Assembly: GCA_030040415.1 (NCBI GenBank)
Contig: JASHTT010000692.1
Location: forward strand, 1 to 27,183
Reading direction: 5' to 3'
Length of the DNA stretch: 27,183 bases
From: Streptosporangiaceae bacterium
Lineage (GTDB): Bacteria > Actinomycetota > Actinomycetes > Streptosporangiales > Streptosporangiaceae
In this document: positions 1 through 9,572 of the stretch, piece after piece
Numbering within the stretch: the first letter of the stretch is position 1
How the letters are laid out: each line of letters begins with the position of its first letter
Notes under the pieces: generated by a model
Databases searched by the model: none
What the model was told of the DNA's origin: nothing
The model's input: the letters and a program-made list of their open reading frames with translations, nothing else
Translations under genes and position numbers: made by a program

Positions 1-869
1 CGGATGCTGCGCACCCAGAGTCCGTACCCGGTCGCCAGTTCCCGCGCCGTCGCCTCGTCGTCGGCGACCACCACGTCCGCGGACACGCTCACGTACGGCT
101 CCTCGATGTCGCCCGGCTGGAAGCAGGCCCGGTAGCCCTCGACCGCTTCGAGCACGGTCGCGGGGCTGACATGGTAGTTGGCGGCGAACCGCAGGCCGCG
201 CTTCCCGGCGACCTCCGCGCTCTGGCCACCGCTGCTGCCCAGGATCCACACCTGAACCTGCGCGAACTCGCCAGGCACGACGTGTGCTTCCAGCCCGTCG
301 GGCGAGACGTAGCGGCCCTGCAGCAAGGCCAGGATGTCGTCAGTCTGCTCGGCGTAGTCCTGCGGCTCGGCGTTCGGCAGCTGGAGCAGCTTGCGCTGCA
401 GCGCGAAGCGCGGCGACTTGGCGATCCCGTCGAGGGAGAACCTGGGCGGGATGAGCAGCCCGGTCCGGGCGCGGCCGTCGACAACCCCGAAGGCGGCCGG
501 GTCGGCTCCGTCGCCGCGCCCGGGCGGCCTGCCACCAGAACGGCCAAGACCGAGGTCGAGCCGACCTGGGTACAGGGCGTCGATCAGGCCGAACTCCTCG
601 ACCGTCGACAGGGCCGTCCGGTGCCCCATCTGCACCGCCCCCGACCCGATCCGGATCTGCCGGGTGGCGGCCGCCGTCAGGGCCAGCACCACCGCCGGGG
701 AGGTACCGGCCACACCGGGGTTGAGGTGGTGCTCGGCGAACCAGTACCGCGAATAGCCCGCTTGCTCGGCCTTGCACGCAAGATCGAGGCTGTTACGCAG
801 CGCGTGCGCCGCCGTCGAGCCGGACGAGATCGGGACTAGGTCCAGGATCGCGAGCGGGGTGTCAGTCAT
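1..869 (-). CDS. LLM-class (luciferase-like) flavin-dependent oxidoreductase, 3' end runs off the window
   Basis: Not in the ORF track because it has no stop inside the window. Manual translation from ATG at 869 (SD TAAGGAG upstream) gives MTDTPLAILDLVPISSGSTAAHALRNSLDLACKAEQAGYSRYWFAEHHLNPGVAGTSP...IGSGAVQMGH...EEFGLIDALYPGRLDLGLGRS, with typical LLM motifs W-x-AEHH and PGRLDLGLGR. Confidence 0.92.
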   Translation of the reverse strand, partial: MTDTPLAILDLVPISSGSTAAHALRNSLDLACKAEQAGYSRYWFAEHHLNPGVAGTSPAVVLALTAAATRQIRIGSGAVQMGHRTALSTVEEFGLIDALYPGRLDLGLGRSGGRPPGRGDGADPAAFGVVDGRARTGLLIPPRFSLDGIAKSPRFALQRKLLQLPNAEPQDYAEQTDDILALLQGRYVSPDGLEAHVVPGEFAQVQVWILGSSGGQSAEVAGKRGLRFAANYHVSPATVLEAVEGYRACFQPGDIEEPYVSVSADVVVADDEATARELATGYGLWVRSI

Positions 870-881
870 GCCGGTCGCTCC

Positions 882-2015
882 TTAGCCGGTACTGCTCAGG
901 CCGACAGCGCTGATTTCGCTCTCACGTCCGGCGGCTGGCGGCTTGGCACCGTTGCCATCCAGGCCCGACGGTCCCCATTGCCAAGGCGGATCCGGGATGT
1001 CGCGGCGCAGCGCCGGCGCGATATCGGACTGGAACAATTCGAGTGACTCGCGATGCTGATCGTCTGTCAGCCCGCCAGCGTCCGCGTGCAGGTGCAGAAC
1101 GCTGTGCCCGAACTGCTCGTGGTAACGGTGCACCTTGTCGATTACCTGTTGCGGGCTGCCGATGAGCGCCGAACTCCGCTCCAGGTAATCCTCAAGCGTT
1201 GGGAAGACCGGCTGCATGCCGAGGCGCTGCTGGAATGCCAGGAATCCAGCGAAAACCGGCCGGTACGCCTCGACCGCCTGCTGCGAGGTCTTCGCGGCGT
1301 AGTAGCCGGCGCTGCCGGCGCCGACGGCGATGCGCGCCGGATCGTGGCCGTAGTACTCCCACCGTTCACGGTAGTAGCGGACCAACGCGGCATACGGATC
1401 GATGGGATTGGTGACGTTGGCTGAGAACAGCGGGTCACCGTAGCGGGCGGCCAGGTCGACGGACTCTTTGCTCGTCGCGCTGCCGTGCCAGACCCTGATC
1501 GGTTGCTGCAGCGGCCGCGGCCACACCTCCGCGTCGGCCAGCGACGGCCGGTACCTTGGCTCAGCCGACACCTTGGGGTTGCGCCAGATCTGCCGGAACA
1601 GCTCATAGCTCTCTGCGTTGCGGTCCCACTGGTCTTCGGGCGTGACATGGAAGAGTTCGCGCTGTGCGGCGCCGTTCCCCTTACCGATGATGAGCTCGAG
1701 CCGGCCCTGCGACAGGTGGTCCAGCGTCGCGTAGTCCTCATACGCGCGCACCGGGTCGAGCAGGCTGAGCGTGGTCACGGCGGTGAACAGCCTGATCTTC
1801 GACGTGATCGCGGCAACGTGGCTGAGCACGACGGGTGGCGAGGAGGAGATGAACGGCCGCTCGTGCCGCTCCCCCACGCCAAAGCCGTCGAAGCCGAGTT
1901 CCTCGGCCAGGACCGCGTTGTCCAGCACCTCACGGAACCGGTCGGATGTCGACTTCTGCACGCCTGTCACCGGGTCTGGTGCGTGCACGATGAGGGTTAT
2001 GAGCAGGAATCTCAT
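882..2015 (-). CDS. LLM-class flavin-dependent oxidoreductase
   Basis: LAEELGFDGFGVGERH, AEDY-like RAYEDYATLDHLSQGRLELIIGKG and RVWHGS motifs. ATGA overlap with the upstream gene. Confidence 0.92.
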   Translation of the reverse strand: MRFLLITLIVHAPDPVTGVQKSTSDRFREVLDNAVLAEELGFDGFGVGERHERPFISSSPPVVLSHVAAITSKIRLFTAVTTLSLLDPVRAYEDYATLDHLSQGRLELIIGKGNGAAQRELFHVTPEDQWDRNAESYELFRQIWRNPKVSAEPRYRPSLADAEVWPRPLQQPIRVWHGSATSKESVDLAARYGDPLFSANVTNPIDPYAALVRYYRERWEYYGHDPARIAVGAGSAGYYAAKTSQQAVEAYRPVFAGFLAFQQRLGMQPVFPTLEDYLERSSALIGSPQQVIDKVHRYHEQFGHSVLHLHADAGGLTDDQHRESLELFQSDIAPALRRDIPDPPWQWGPSGLDGNGAKPPAAGRESEISAVGLSSTG

Positions 2016-3403
2016 GACGCCGCCCGGCTGAATCCGGACTGCACGGGCACAGCCTTACCGGGCAACGGCTCTAGGCCGAGATTGGCCCGCAGGGTGCTGC
2101 CCTCGTACTCGGTGCGGAACACGCCGCGCTCCTGCAGCAGCGGCACCACTTTGTCGGCGAACTCGTCAAGCCCGCCGGGCGTGATGTGCGGGACCAGGAT
2201 GAAGCCGTCGCTCGCATCGGCCTGCACCAGCTTGTCAATGTCCGCCGCGACGGTGGAAGCAGACCCGATGAACGACTGCCTGCCCGTCACGGCCACGATC
2301 AGCTCGCGAATCGACAGATTCTCCGCCGCCGCCTTCGCCCGCCAATCGCGCGCGGTGGCCAGCGGATCGCGGTGCATGCGCACGCTCGCCCGGCCGCGCG
2401 CGATAGTGTGCTCGCCGACGTCGGGATCGATCTCCGGGAGCGGGCCATCCGGATCGTAGCCCGACAGGTCGCGGTTCCAGAGTTGCTCGAGGAACGCGAT
2501 CGCCGTGGCACCGCTGACCTGCTGCAATCGGACGTCGTGAGCTAGGTCGGCCGCTTCCGCATCGGTGTCCGCGAGCACGAACGTCGCGGCCGGCAGGATC
2601 AGCAGCTGGTCTGGCGTGCGGCCGTAGCGGGCCAGCCTGCCCTTGACGTCAGCGTAGAAAGCCTGTCCGTCGGCCAGCGTGCCATGCCGGGAGAAGATCG
2701 CATCCGCGCTGGACGCGGCGAACTCCCGGCCTTCGTCTGAGTCTCCCGCCTGGAAGATGACCGGCCGCCCTTGCGGGCTGCGCGGCACGTCGAACTGCCC
2801 GGAGATGTCAAAATGCGCGTCATGGTGGCTGAACCGGCCGGGCCGCGGGTCGGCGAGGAAGACGCCGGCCTGCTTATCGGCGGCGATCTCGTCGCCGTGC
2901 CAGGAGTCGAACAGTTCGCATGCGGTGCGCAGGAACGTCCTGGCCCGCTCATAGCGTGCCTCCTGCGGCAGGAACCCGCCGCGCCGGAAGTTCTCCCCGG
3001 TAAACGCGTCCCACGAGGTGACCACGTTCCACGCGGCGCGCCCGCCGGACAGGTGGTCAAGCGTCGCGAACTGCCGGGCAACCTCATACGGCTCGTTGAA
3101 TGTGGAGTTGATGGTGCCGGCCAGGCCGAGGTGGTCGGTCACCGCCGCCAGCGCGGCCAGCACGGTGAACGTATCTGGCCTGCCGACCACGTCGAGGTCG
3201 TAGATCCTGCCTCGCTGCTCACGCAGCCGCAGTCCTTCAGCCAGGAAGAAGAAATCGAACTTCGCACGTTCCGCGGTGCGTGCCAAGTGCGCGAACGAGC
3301 TGAACTCTATGTGGCTGCCGGCCCGCGGATCGCTCCATACCGTCGTGTTGTTGACGCCCGGAAAGTGCGCGGCTAGGTGGATCTGCTTGAGCGGCTTCGT
3401 CAT
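2012..3403 (-). CDS. NtaA/DmoA/SnaA-family FMN-dependent monooxygenase (LLM class)
   Basis: AERAKFDFFFLAE, EPYEVARQFATLDHLSGGRAAWNVVTS, SPQGRPVIFQAGDSDEGREFAA, and C-terminal LQERGVFRTEYEGSTLRANLG. SD GGAGG and ATGA overlap. Confidence 0.93.
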   Translation of the reverse strand: MTKPLKQIHLAAHFPGVNNTTVWSDPRAGSHIEFSSFAHLARTAERAKFDFFFLAEGLRLREQRGRIYDLDVVGRPDTFTVLAALAAVTDHLGLAGTINSTFNEPYEVARQFATLDHLSGGRAAWNVVTSWDAFTGENFRRGGFLPQEARYERARTFLRTACELFDSWHGDEIAADKQAGVFLADPRPGRFSHHDAHFDISGQFDVPRSPQGRPVIFQAGDSDEGREFAASSADAIFSRHGTLADGQAFYADVKGRLARYGRTPDQLLILPAATFVLADTDAEAADLAHDVRLQQVSGATAIAFLEQLWNRDLSGYDPDGPLPEIDPDVGEHTIARGRASVRMHRDPLATARDWRAKAAAENLSIRELIVAVTGRQSFIGSASTVAADIDKLVQADASDGFILVPHITPGGLDEFADKVVPLLQERGVFRTEYEGSTLRANLGLEPLPGKAVPVQSGFSRAAS

Positions 3404-4599
3404 GCCGGGTCCTCCGCGAGGGTTGCGTAGCGGTTTGCGGGCCGGCTGAGCCCGAGCAGGGCACGCAGGTCCGGCGCCTCGTAGGCGCGCCGGAACGCCC
3501 CGCGGCGTTGCAGTTCGGGGACCAGGTCCCTGGTGATCGCCTCCAGGTCATCAGGGATCGCGCCTGGTCGAAGCCGGAAACCGGCCAGCCCAGCTTGCTG
3601 CCACGCGAGCAGCAGGTCGGCCAGTTCTGCGGCGGTGCCGGTGAACACCAGCGCGTCGCTGGTGTAGACGGCGCCTGCCAGGTCGTCGAGCCGCTCCTTC
3701 CGCCGTCTGGCGGCCGCGGCGTCAGTGCCGAGGAACACGACCAGGTCACCGAACACGTGCAGGGGTTCGTCGGCCCGCCCGGCGTGCTGCTGCGCGCCGC
3801 GGATTTCGCTGACGATCTGCCTGGCATGCGCGGAGTCGTGCGGCGTCACGAACCCGATGTCGGCCGACCTGGCGACGAGCTGGTAGGGCACGCTTGCGTG
3901 GGCCAGTGCCGCGACGACGGGCTGGCCCTGCGGTGGCCGCGGCGTGATGGATGGACCCTTCACGCTGAACCAGCGCCCGGAGAAGTCGATGTAGTGCAGC
4001 TTGCCGATGTCGATGAACCGGCCGGTGGCGCCGTCGCGGATCTCGGCGTCGTCTTCCCAGCTGTCCCACAGCTGCCTGACCACCTGCACATAGTCGGCCG
4101 CCTCGTCGAAGGCGTCGGCGAGCTCCTGCGCGGCGGCCGGCGTGCCTCGATCGGCCAGGCTGAGTGGCGGGAAGGTGCGGCGGCCGAAGTGGGCGGCCTC
4201 GTGCGGCGTGCGTGACACCTTCACCCGCAGGCCGGCCCTGCCCTCGCTGACATAGTCAAGCGTCGCGATGGCCTTCGAGATATGGAACGGCTCGGTGTGC
4301 GTGACCACCGCCGTCGGGATGAGGCCGACGTGGCGCGTCAACGGAGCCACCCGAGCGGCGATGAGCACGGCATCGAGCCGCCCGCGGACCTGATCGGTGC
4401 GCTGGTCCGGCTCGCCGAACCGGGACGACTGAAGGCTCAGGCCGTCCTCGAACGTGACAAAGTCGAGCAGGCCGCGCTCGGCCTCGGTGACCAGGTCTGT
4501 CCAGTACCCGGCGGTTAGCAGGTCGGCCGGCCGCGCGCGCGGCTCGCGCCAGGCTGCCGGATGCCAGCCCGCGCCGTCGAGCGCGACCGAAAGGTGCAA
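3400..4599 (-). CDS. NtaA/SnaA-like LLM-class monooxygenase (start uncertain: TTG 4599 or CTG 4626)
   Basis: LHLSVALDGAGWHPAAWR, AERGLLDFVTFED, EPFHISKAIATLDYVSEGRAG and PQGQPVV motifs. The frame stays open upstream to an in-frame CTG preceded by GGGAGAAGG. Confidence 0.9.
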   Translation of the reverse strand: MHLSVALDGAGWHPAAWREPRARPADLLTAGYWTDLVTEAERGLLDFVTFEDGLSLQSSRFGEPDQRTDQVRGRLDAVLIAARVAPLTRHVGLIPTAVVTHTEPFHISKAIATLDYVSEGRAGLRVKVSRTPHEAAHFGRRTFPPLSLADRGTPAAAQELADAFDEAADYVQVVRQLWDSWEDDAEIRDGATGRFIDIGKLHYIDFSGRWFSVKGPSITPRPPQGQPVVAALAHASVPYQLVARSADIGFVTPHDSAHARQIVSEIRGAQQHAGRADEPLHVFGDLVVFLGTDAAAARRRKERLDDLAGAVYTSDALVFTGTAAELADLLLAWQQAGLAGFRLRPGAIPDDLEAITRDLVPELQRRGAFRRAYEAPDLRALLGLSRPANRYATLAEDPA

Positions 4600-4754
4600 G
4601 GACTGGGGCTGGTCGGCGAAGCTCAGGACCTTCTCCCGTCTATCGGGGCGCTGCGGCCGGGCGGGCCATGGGAGACCTCTTCATTGTCGGTCAAGCTGCG
4701 CGCCTGCCGAAGCGCCTTGCGCCTCTGAGTCAGAATGTATTGTATCCCTATAGG

Positions 4755-4850
4755 TATTGTCGAGTAAAAGTCTCGGCTCGGCTTGCGGGTGGTCTTGCCA
4801 TGGCCACGGTGGGCAAGTTACCGTAATGTCTAGTAGTTTGATCGACTATA
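4755..4850. promoter_or_regulatory. Two related imperfect 6-7-6 inverted repeats in the AT-rich divergent promoter region (candidate operators)
   Basis: GTCGAG-TAAAAGT-CTCGGC (4759-4777) and GTCTAG-TAGTTTG-ATCGAC (4828-4846) share TAxTGTCxAGTA...TCGxCT and lie 69 bp apart between divergent operons. Confidence 0.4.
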
Positions 4851-4882
4851 TCGACAATCTAAATTGGCGACCGTGCGAGAGG

Positions 4883-6715
4883 ATGCCGACCTTGCGAGAT
4901 GGTCTAATGCCGGGCGCGCAGGGCCCGGGACTCAACGACAGACGCACCGGCTTCCAGGAGGTGGCCCGCCGCGCGGTTGCCGCGAGGGTTCAGCGGGTCG
5001 CCCCCCGAGTTGACCGCCGATCGCGGCGTCCTGCTGCAGCGCTGGCCTTTGCTGCGGTTGCCCTCGCCGTCGCTGTGGCGGGTTGCGGGACCGGGACCAG
5101 CCCTACGTCCGCGCCGACATCGGGACCCTCGTCATCAACGGGCGTCAACCCTAAGGTCGATGGCGAAGTAACGGGCTGCCCGGTCAAGGGCGGGACGCTG
5201 ACGGTCGACCTGGACGAGCAGGTCCTGCCCGACCTCGACCCGAGCTACACCCCTGAAGCGGTCGCCTACCGGGTGATCCGCGGTGTCTTCGACAGCCTGG
5301 TGTATGAGAGCGCTAACGGCACCTTCAGCCCCTGGCTGGCAACGAAGTGGACGGTCAACAGCAACGCGACCGCTTACACCTTCACGATCCACAAGGGCGT
5401 GAAGTTCTCCGACGGAACACCCCTCACGGCGAGCGCAGTCAAGTACACCTTCGACCGTATCGAGAGCCCCGCCGAAGGGTCGCTGTTCGCGATTGACCTG
5501 CTCGGCCCGTACGCCGGATCGACGGTCAACAGCCCGTACAGCGTCACGGTCCGGTTCAAGGCGCCCTACCCCGCGTTCCTGGAGGCGGCGAGCCAGGCCT
5601 TCCTCGGCATCGTGGACCCGACGGCCGCGACGAAGGAGGGAACGGCGGGCTTCGGCGCGCACCCGGTCGGCTCGGGGCCGTTCGAGATCACGTCGAACGT
5701 CCCGAACCAGAGCATCACCGAGGTCCGCAACCCGGACTACAACTGGGGACCGGCCGGCCTGAACCACACCGGACCCGCGTGCCTGAACAAAATCGTCTTC
5801 AGCGAGGTGCCGGAGGAGAGCACCAGGGTCGGCGAGCTCGAGCGCGGCCAGGTCGACGCCGCCGAGACAATTCTGCCGCCCGACTACCAGACGGTGAGCA
5901 CGGACAAGAACCTGAACCTGTACGTCGTGCCGGGGGCTGGCGCAGGTTACCAGTACTTCATCAACACGGCGGATGTGCCGTGGAACAACACCCAGATGCG
6001 GATCGCACTGCGCGACTCGATCGACATCAACCAGATCCTGCAGTCGGTCTACCAGGGTGAGTACACAAGGGCGTGGGGCCCGATCATGCCGGACACCGCG
6101 TACTACGACCCCGCAGTGGTGAACTCGTGGTCCTACGATCCCAAGCTGGCCGACTCGATCCTGGCCAAGGAGGGCTGGAAGCTCGGCGCCGACGGGTACC
6201 GGCACAAGGACGGCAAGACGCTGACGATCTCGTTCGCTGGCAGTTCGCCGGACCGCGAACTGCGCCAGGAGGTGAGCGTCTACGTGCAGTCCTACCTCAA
6301 GGCGGTTGGCATCGATGAGACGATCACCAACCTGACAGCCACGGCGGCAGTCTCGACTGAGGACTCCGGGAAGTACGGCATCACGGCGACGTCGTTCATC
6401 ACCGCCTCGCCGACGATCATGGCGTACTTCTTCGACTCGGCCGGCATTCCGACGGCCAAGACCAGCGGGCTGGACCTGTCCAGGGTGGACAGCCCGGCCC
6501 TGGACAGCTGGATCGCGGCCGCGGAGTCCACGACCAATGTCGCCACCGCGACGAAGTACTGGGATGACATTCAGCTGTACGTGATCAAGAACGCGATCGA
6601 CATCCCGATCGAGCTTGAGCCGTTCATCCTCGCGACCACCAAGGCCGTGCACGGCCTGGCCTTCGACCGGCGCGACTACCCGATGTACTACGGCGTCTGG
6701 CTGTCCAACGGCTAG
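4883..6715 (+). CDS. ABC transporter substrate-binding lipoprotein, family 5 (Opp/Dpp/Nik-like); start uncertain (4883, 4907 or 4961)
   Basis: Hydrophobic stretch followed by lipobox VAG-C (Cys codon 5084) and a Thr/Ser/Pro linker. SBP5 motifs KGGTL, FSPWLATKW, FTIHKGVKFSDGTPLTA and HPVGSGPF are present. The ORF-track start at 4757 is probably too long. Confidence 0.93.
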   Translation: MPTLRDGLMPGAQGPGLNDRRTGFQEVARRAVAARVQRVAPRVDRRSRRPAAALAFAAVALAVAVAGCGTGTSPTSAPTSGPSSSTGVNPKVDGEVTGCPVKGGTLTVDLDEQVLPDLDPSYTPEAVAYRVIRGVFDSLVYESANGTFSPWLATKWTVNSNATAYTFTIHKGVKFSDGTPLTASAVKYTFDRIESPAEGSLFAIDLLGPYAGSTVNSPYSVTVRFKAPYPAFLEAASQAFLGIVDPTAATKEGTAGFGAHPVGSGPFEITSNVPNQSITEVRNPDYNWGPAGLNHTGPACLNKIVFSEVPEESTRVGELERGQVDAAETILPPDYQTVSTDKNLNLYVVPGAGAGYQYFINTADVPWNNTQMRIALRDSIDINQILQSVYQGEYTRAWGPIMPDTAYYDPAVVNSWSYDPKLADSILAKEGWKLGADGYRHKDGKTLTISFAGSSPDRELRQEVSVYVQSYLKAVGIDETITNLTATAAVSTEDSGKYGITATSFITASPTIMAYFFDSAGIPTAKTSGLDLSRVDSPALDSWIAAAESTTNVATATKYWDDIQLYVIKNAIDIPIELEPFILATTKAVHGLAFDRRDYPMYYGVWLSNG

Positions 6716-6739
6716 CGCAGCTGACGGCCGGAGTCTGCG

Positions 6740-7672
6740 ATGCTCGGTGTGGTCGTGCGGCGGGTGGCGATCGGCGTGCCGGTCATCATCGGCGTGTCCG
6801 CGATCATCTTCTTCGTGCTGCGCGTGCTGCCGGGCAATCCAGTCCAGGTGATCACGCAAGGCGCTCCGACCACGCCGGGCGAGCGGCACGACATCATCGT
6901 GGAGTTCGGCCTTAACAAGCCGATCTTCAGCCAGTACCTCTCCTTCCTGGGTAACGCGGTCCGCGGCAGGTTCGGCATATCGTTCGCCACCAGGCAGCCG
7001 GTCATGGGCGAGATCGGCAGCCAGGCGATGGCGACCGTCGAACTGGCGGTCGCCGCGATGCTGATGACCGTGCTGCTGGGCGTGGGTCTCGGTGTCGTGT
7101 CGGCGCTGCTGCGCGACACCTGGGTCGACGCGACCATCAGGGCGCTCAGCCTGCTTGGCAGCTCGATGCCGATCATCTGGACCGGTCCCCTGCTGATCCT
7201 GATCTTTTCCTTCACCCTGCGGTTGTTTCCGGCGAACGGCAGCGGAACGCTGTCGGAGCTCGTATTGCCCGCCCTGTCGATCGCGCTGGTCACATCAGGC
7301 GTGATCATCCGGCTGGTGCGCAGTTCCATGCTCGAGGTGCTTGGCCTCGAGTTCGTCACGGCGCTGCGGGCCAAGGGGGTGCCGGAGGCGTGGATCTGGC
7401 TGCGGCACATCCTTCGCAACGCCCTCGTGCCTGCGGTGACCCTGCTCGGCGTACAGCTTGGCGGACTGCTGTCGGGAGCCGTTATCGCGGAGACCGTCTT
7501 CGGTCGCCAGGGTCTCGGCAGCCTGCTGGTCAACGGCATCGATGAGAAGGATTACCCGATGGTGCAGGCGATCGTGCTGATCGTGGCCACCGCCTACGTG
7601 GCGATAAACATCGTCGTCGACGTGTCCTATGCCTACCTGGATCCGCGGGTGCGGACCCAGCTGGCGAGATAA
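6740..7672 (+). CDS. Oligopeptide/nickel-type ABC transporter permease (OppB/DppB-like)
   Basis: Multiple TM segments, LPGNP, QYLSFLGNAVRGRFG, EAA-loop FVTALRAKGVPE...HILRNA, and DVSYAYLDPR. Confidence 0.94.
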   Translation: MLGVVVRRVAIGVPVIIGVSAIIFFVLRVLPGNPVQVITQGAPTTPGERHDIIVEFGLNKPIFSQYLSFLGNAVRGRFGISFATRQPVMGEIGSQAMATVELAVAAMLMTVLLGVGLGVVSALLRDTWVDATIRALSLLGSSMPIIWTGPLLILIFSFTLRLFPANGSGTLSELVLPALSIALVTSGVIIRLVRSSMLEVLGLEFVTALRAKGVPEAWIWLRHILRNALVPAVTLLGVQLGGLLSGAVIAETVFGRQGLGSLLVNGIDEKDYPMVQAIVLIVATAYVAINIVVDVSYAYLDPRVRTQLAR

Positions 7673-7684
7673 GGCAGGCGCGGC

Positions 7685-8554
7685 GTGACGGCAGACTCGA
7701 TTGGCACGCGGTGGCTCAACCGGTCGGCCCTGCGGACCTGGCGGGTGCCGCATGGCCGGGTCATGGTTGTCCTCGCCGGGCTGTTCTTGCTGCTCGTCAT
7801 CGGCTGGGCGGCGTTTCCCGGTCTGTTCACCGGAGGCAACCCGACTGCGGTCAACCCGCTAGCCACCCTGCGGGCTCCGCTGCAGGGCTATCTGCTCGGC
7901 ACCGACCAGTACGGCCGCAGCGTGTACACCGAGCTGGTGTACGGCGCCCGGCCGGCGCTGGAAGTCGGCCTGCTCAGCACGCTGATCGGCGGCGTCATCG
8001 GCTCGGCCATCGGCGTTGTCGGCGGATACCTTGGCGGCTGGGTGGACATGCTCGTCATGCGCCTCATCGACATCCTGCTTGCGCTGCCCGGGCTGTTCCT
8101 CGCGCTCATTTTCATAGCCGCGCTGCCGCCGACGCTGGAGAACGAGATCCTGGCCATCGGCATCTCGGCAGTGCCGGGCTTCGCGCGGGTGATGCGCGGT
8201 CAGGCACTTCAGGTGCGCAGCCGCCTCTTCGTGGCTGCGGCGACCGTGGTGGGGGTGCGTCGCCGCGTCATTCTGTGGCGGCACGTGGTCCCGAACTGCG
8301 CAGCCCCGGCGATCGTGCTCGGCACGCTGAACATCGGCACGGCCATCGTCATCGCAGCGTCGCTCAACTTCCTCGGCCTCGGACCCAGCGCCGGCGTGCT
8401 GAGCTGGGGAGGCCTCATCTCCAGCGGGCAGGGTTACATCGACCATGACTGGTGGATCTCGACATTTCCCGGCTTGCTCGTGACGCTTCTTGTCATCGCG
8501 GTCAGCGTGCTCGGCGACCGGCTGCGCGACGCGATGGAGCCGTCCAGTGCCTGA
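7685..8554 (+). CDS. Oligopeptide/nickel-type ABC transporter permease (OppC/DppC-like)
   Basis: LLGTDQYGRSVY, MRLIDILLALP, HVVPNC, LNFLGLG, SWGGLI and WWISTFPG motifs. Confidence 0.94.
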   Translation: MTADSIGTRWLNRSALRTWRVPHGRVMVVLAGLFLLLVIGWAAFPGLFTGGNPTAVNPLATLRAPLQGYLLGTDQYGRSVYTELVYGARPALEVGLLSTLIGGVIGSAIGVVGGYLGGWVDMLVMRLIDILLALPGLFLALIFIAALPPTLENEILAIGISAVPGFARVMRGQALQVRSRLFVAAATVVGVRRRVILWRHVVPNCAAPAIVLGTLNIGTAIVIAASLNFLGLGPSAGVLSWGGLISSGQGYIDHDWWISTFPGLLVTLLVIAVSVLGDRLRDAMEPSSA

Positions 8555-9572
8555 CGAGCAACTGCTATCGGTCCGCGACCTCCGCATCAGTTACCGCACC
8601 GGAACTGGGGAGGCTGACCTCGTCCGGGCGGCGAGCTTCGACGTCGCGCCGGGCGAGATCGTCTGCCTGGTAGGTGAGTCTGGCAGCGGCAAGACGCTTA
8701 CCGGACGAGCGATCCTTGGCCTGCTGCACCACAACGACCGGATGCGTGTCAGCGGATCGGTGGTCTTCGGCGGCCGCGAACTGACCGGGCTGCCGGACCG
8801 CTCGCTTCGGACTGTACGCGGCAGCCAGATCGCCATGATCTTCCAGGACCCTGTCGCGGCGCTCGATCCGGTAGTCCGGGTCGGCGAGCAGGTAGCCGAA
8901 GCGATGGCCCGTCGCGGACGGCGGCGGGGGCGCAGCCGGGTGTCCGGTGAGATCGCCGACCTGCTACGGCGGGTGGGCATCACGGACCCGGAATTGCGCA
9001 TGCGGCAGTTTCCGCACGAGATCTCCGGCGGCATGTGCCAGCGCATCGGCATCGCGATAGCGCTGGCCGGCGACCCTGGTTTGCTCGTAGCTGACGAACC
9101 GACGACGGCGCTGGACGTGACGATCCAGGCTCAGGTGCTCGATTTGATAGCCGAGTTGCGCCGGGAGCGTGGGCTGTCGGTGCTGCTCATTACCCACGAC
9201 ATGGGCGTGGCTGCCAGGATGGCCGACCGGATCTTGGTCATGTACGCCGGGTCGATCGTGGAAGAAGCCCCTGCTGCCGACTTCTTCGTGCATGCCGCGC
9301 ACCCTTACGGCCTGGGCCTGATCCGCGCGGTCCCCCGCATCGACATCGACCGCCCTGGCCGGTTGTCGGCAATCCCCGGCGCGGTACCCGAAGCGCGCAA
9401 CCGTCCGCCGGGCTGCGCGTTCCATCCCCGGTGCCCGGTGCGCCTGGACCTCTGCGCTGAGGAGGAGCCAGCGCCGCTTCGGCTGGGCGGCCAGCTCGTC
9501 GCCTGCCACCGGGCCGCCGACATGCTAACCGGTCGGCTCAGCCTGTGGGACAGCGAGGCTCCGGTTGGCTAG
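8547..9572 (+). CDS. ABC transporter ATP-binding subunit (OppD/DppD-like)
   Basis: Walker A GESGSGKT, signature ISGGMCQR, Walker B LLVADEPTTALD, and C-terminal Cys motif GCAFHPRC...C...VACH. GTG 8547 overlapping the permease stop is preferred over 8490. Confidence 0.95.
   Translation: MPDEQLLSVRDLRISYRTGTGEADLVRAASFDVAPGEIVCLVGESGSGKTLTGRAILGLLHHNDRMRVSGSVVFGGRELTGLPDRSLRTVRGSQIAMIFQDPVAALDPVVRVGEQVAEAMARRGRRRGRSRVSGEIADLLRRVGITDPELRMRQFPHEISGGMCQRIGIAIALAGDPGLLVADEPTTALDVTIQAQVLDLIAELRRERGLSVLLITHDMGVAARMADRILVMYAGSIVEEAPAADFFVHAAHPYGLGLIRAVPRIDIDRPGRLSAIPGAVPEARNRPPGCAFHPRCPVRLDLCAEEEPAPLRLGGQLVACHRAADMLTGRLSLWDSEAPVG

Noticed and set aside
4961-5040. Possible twin-arginine signal in the SBP N-terminus
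   Set aside because: Several RR pairs occur but none has the S/T-R-R-x-F-L context; the lipobox alone explains export.
5135-6889. 584-aa minus-strand ORF
   Set aside because: Antisense shadow of the SBP gene; Arg/Val/Gly-rich with no motifs, as expected from high-GC codon bias.
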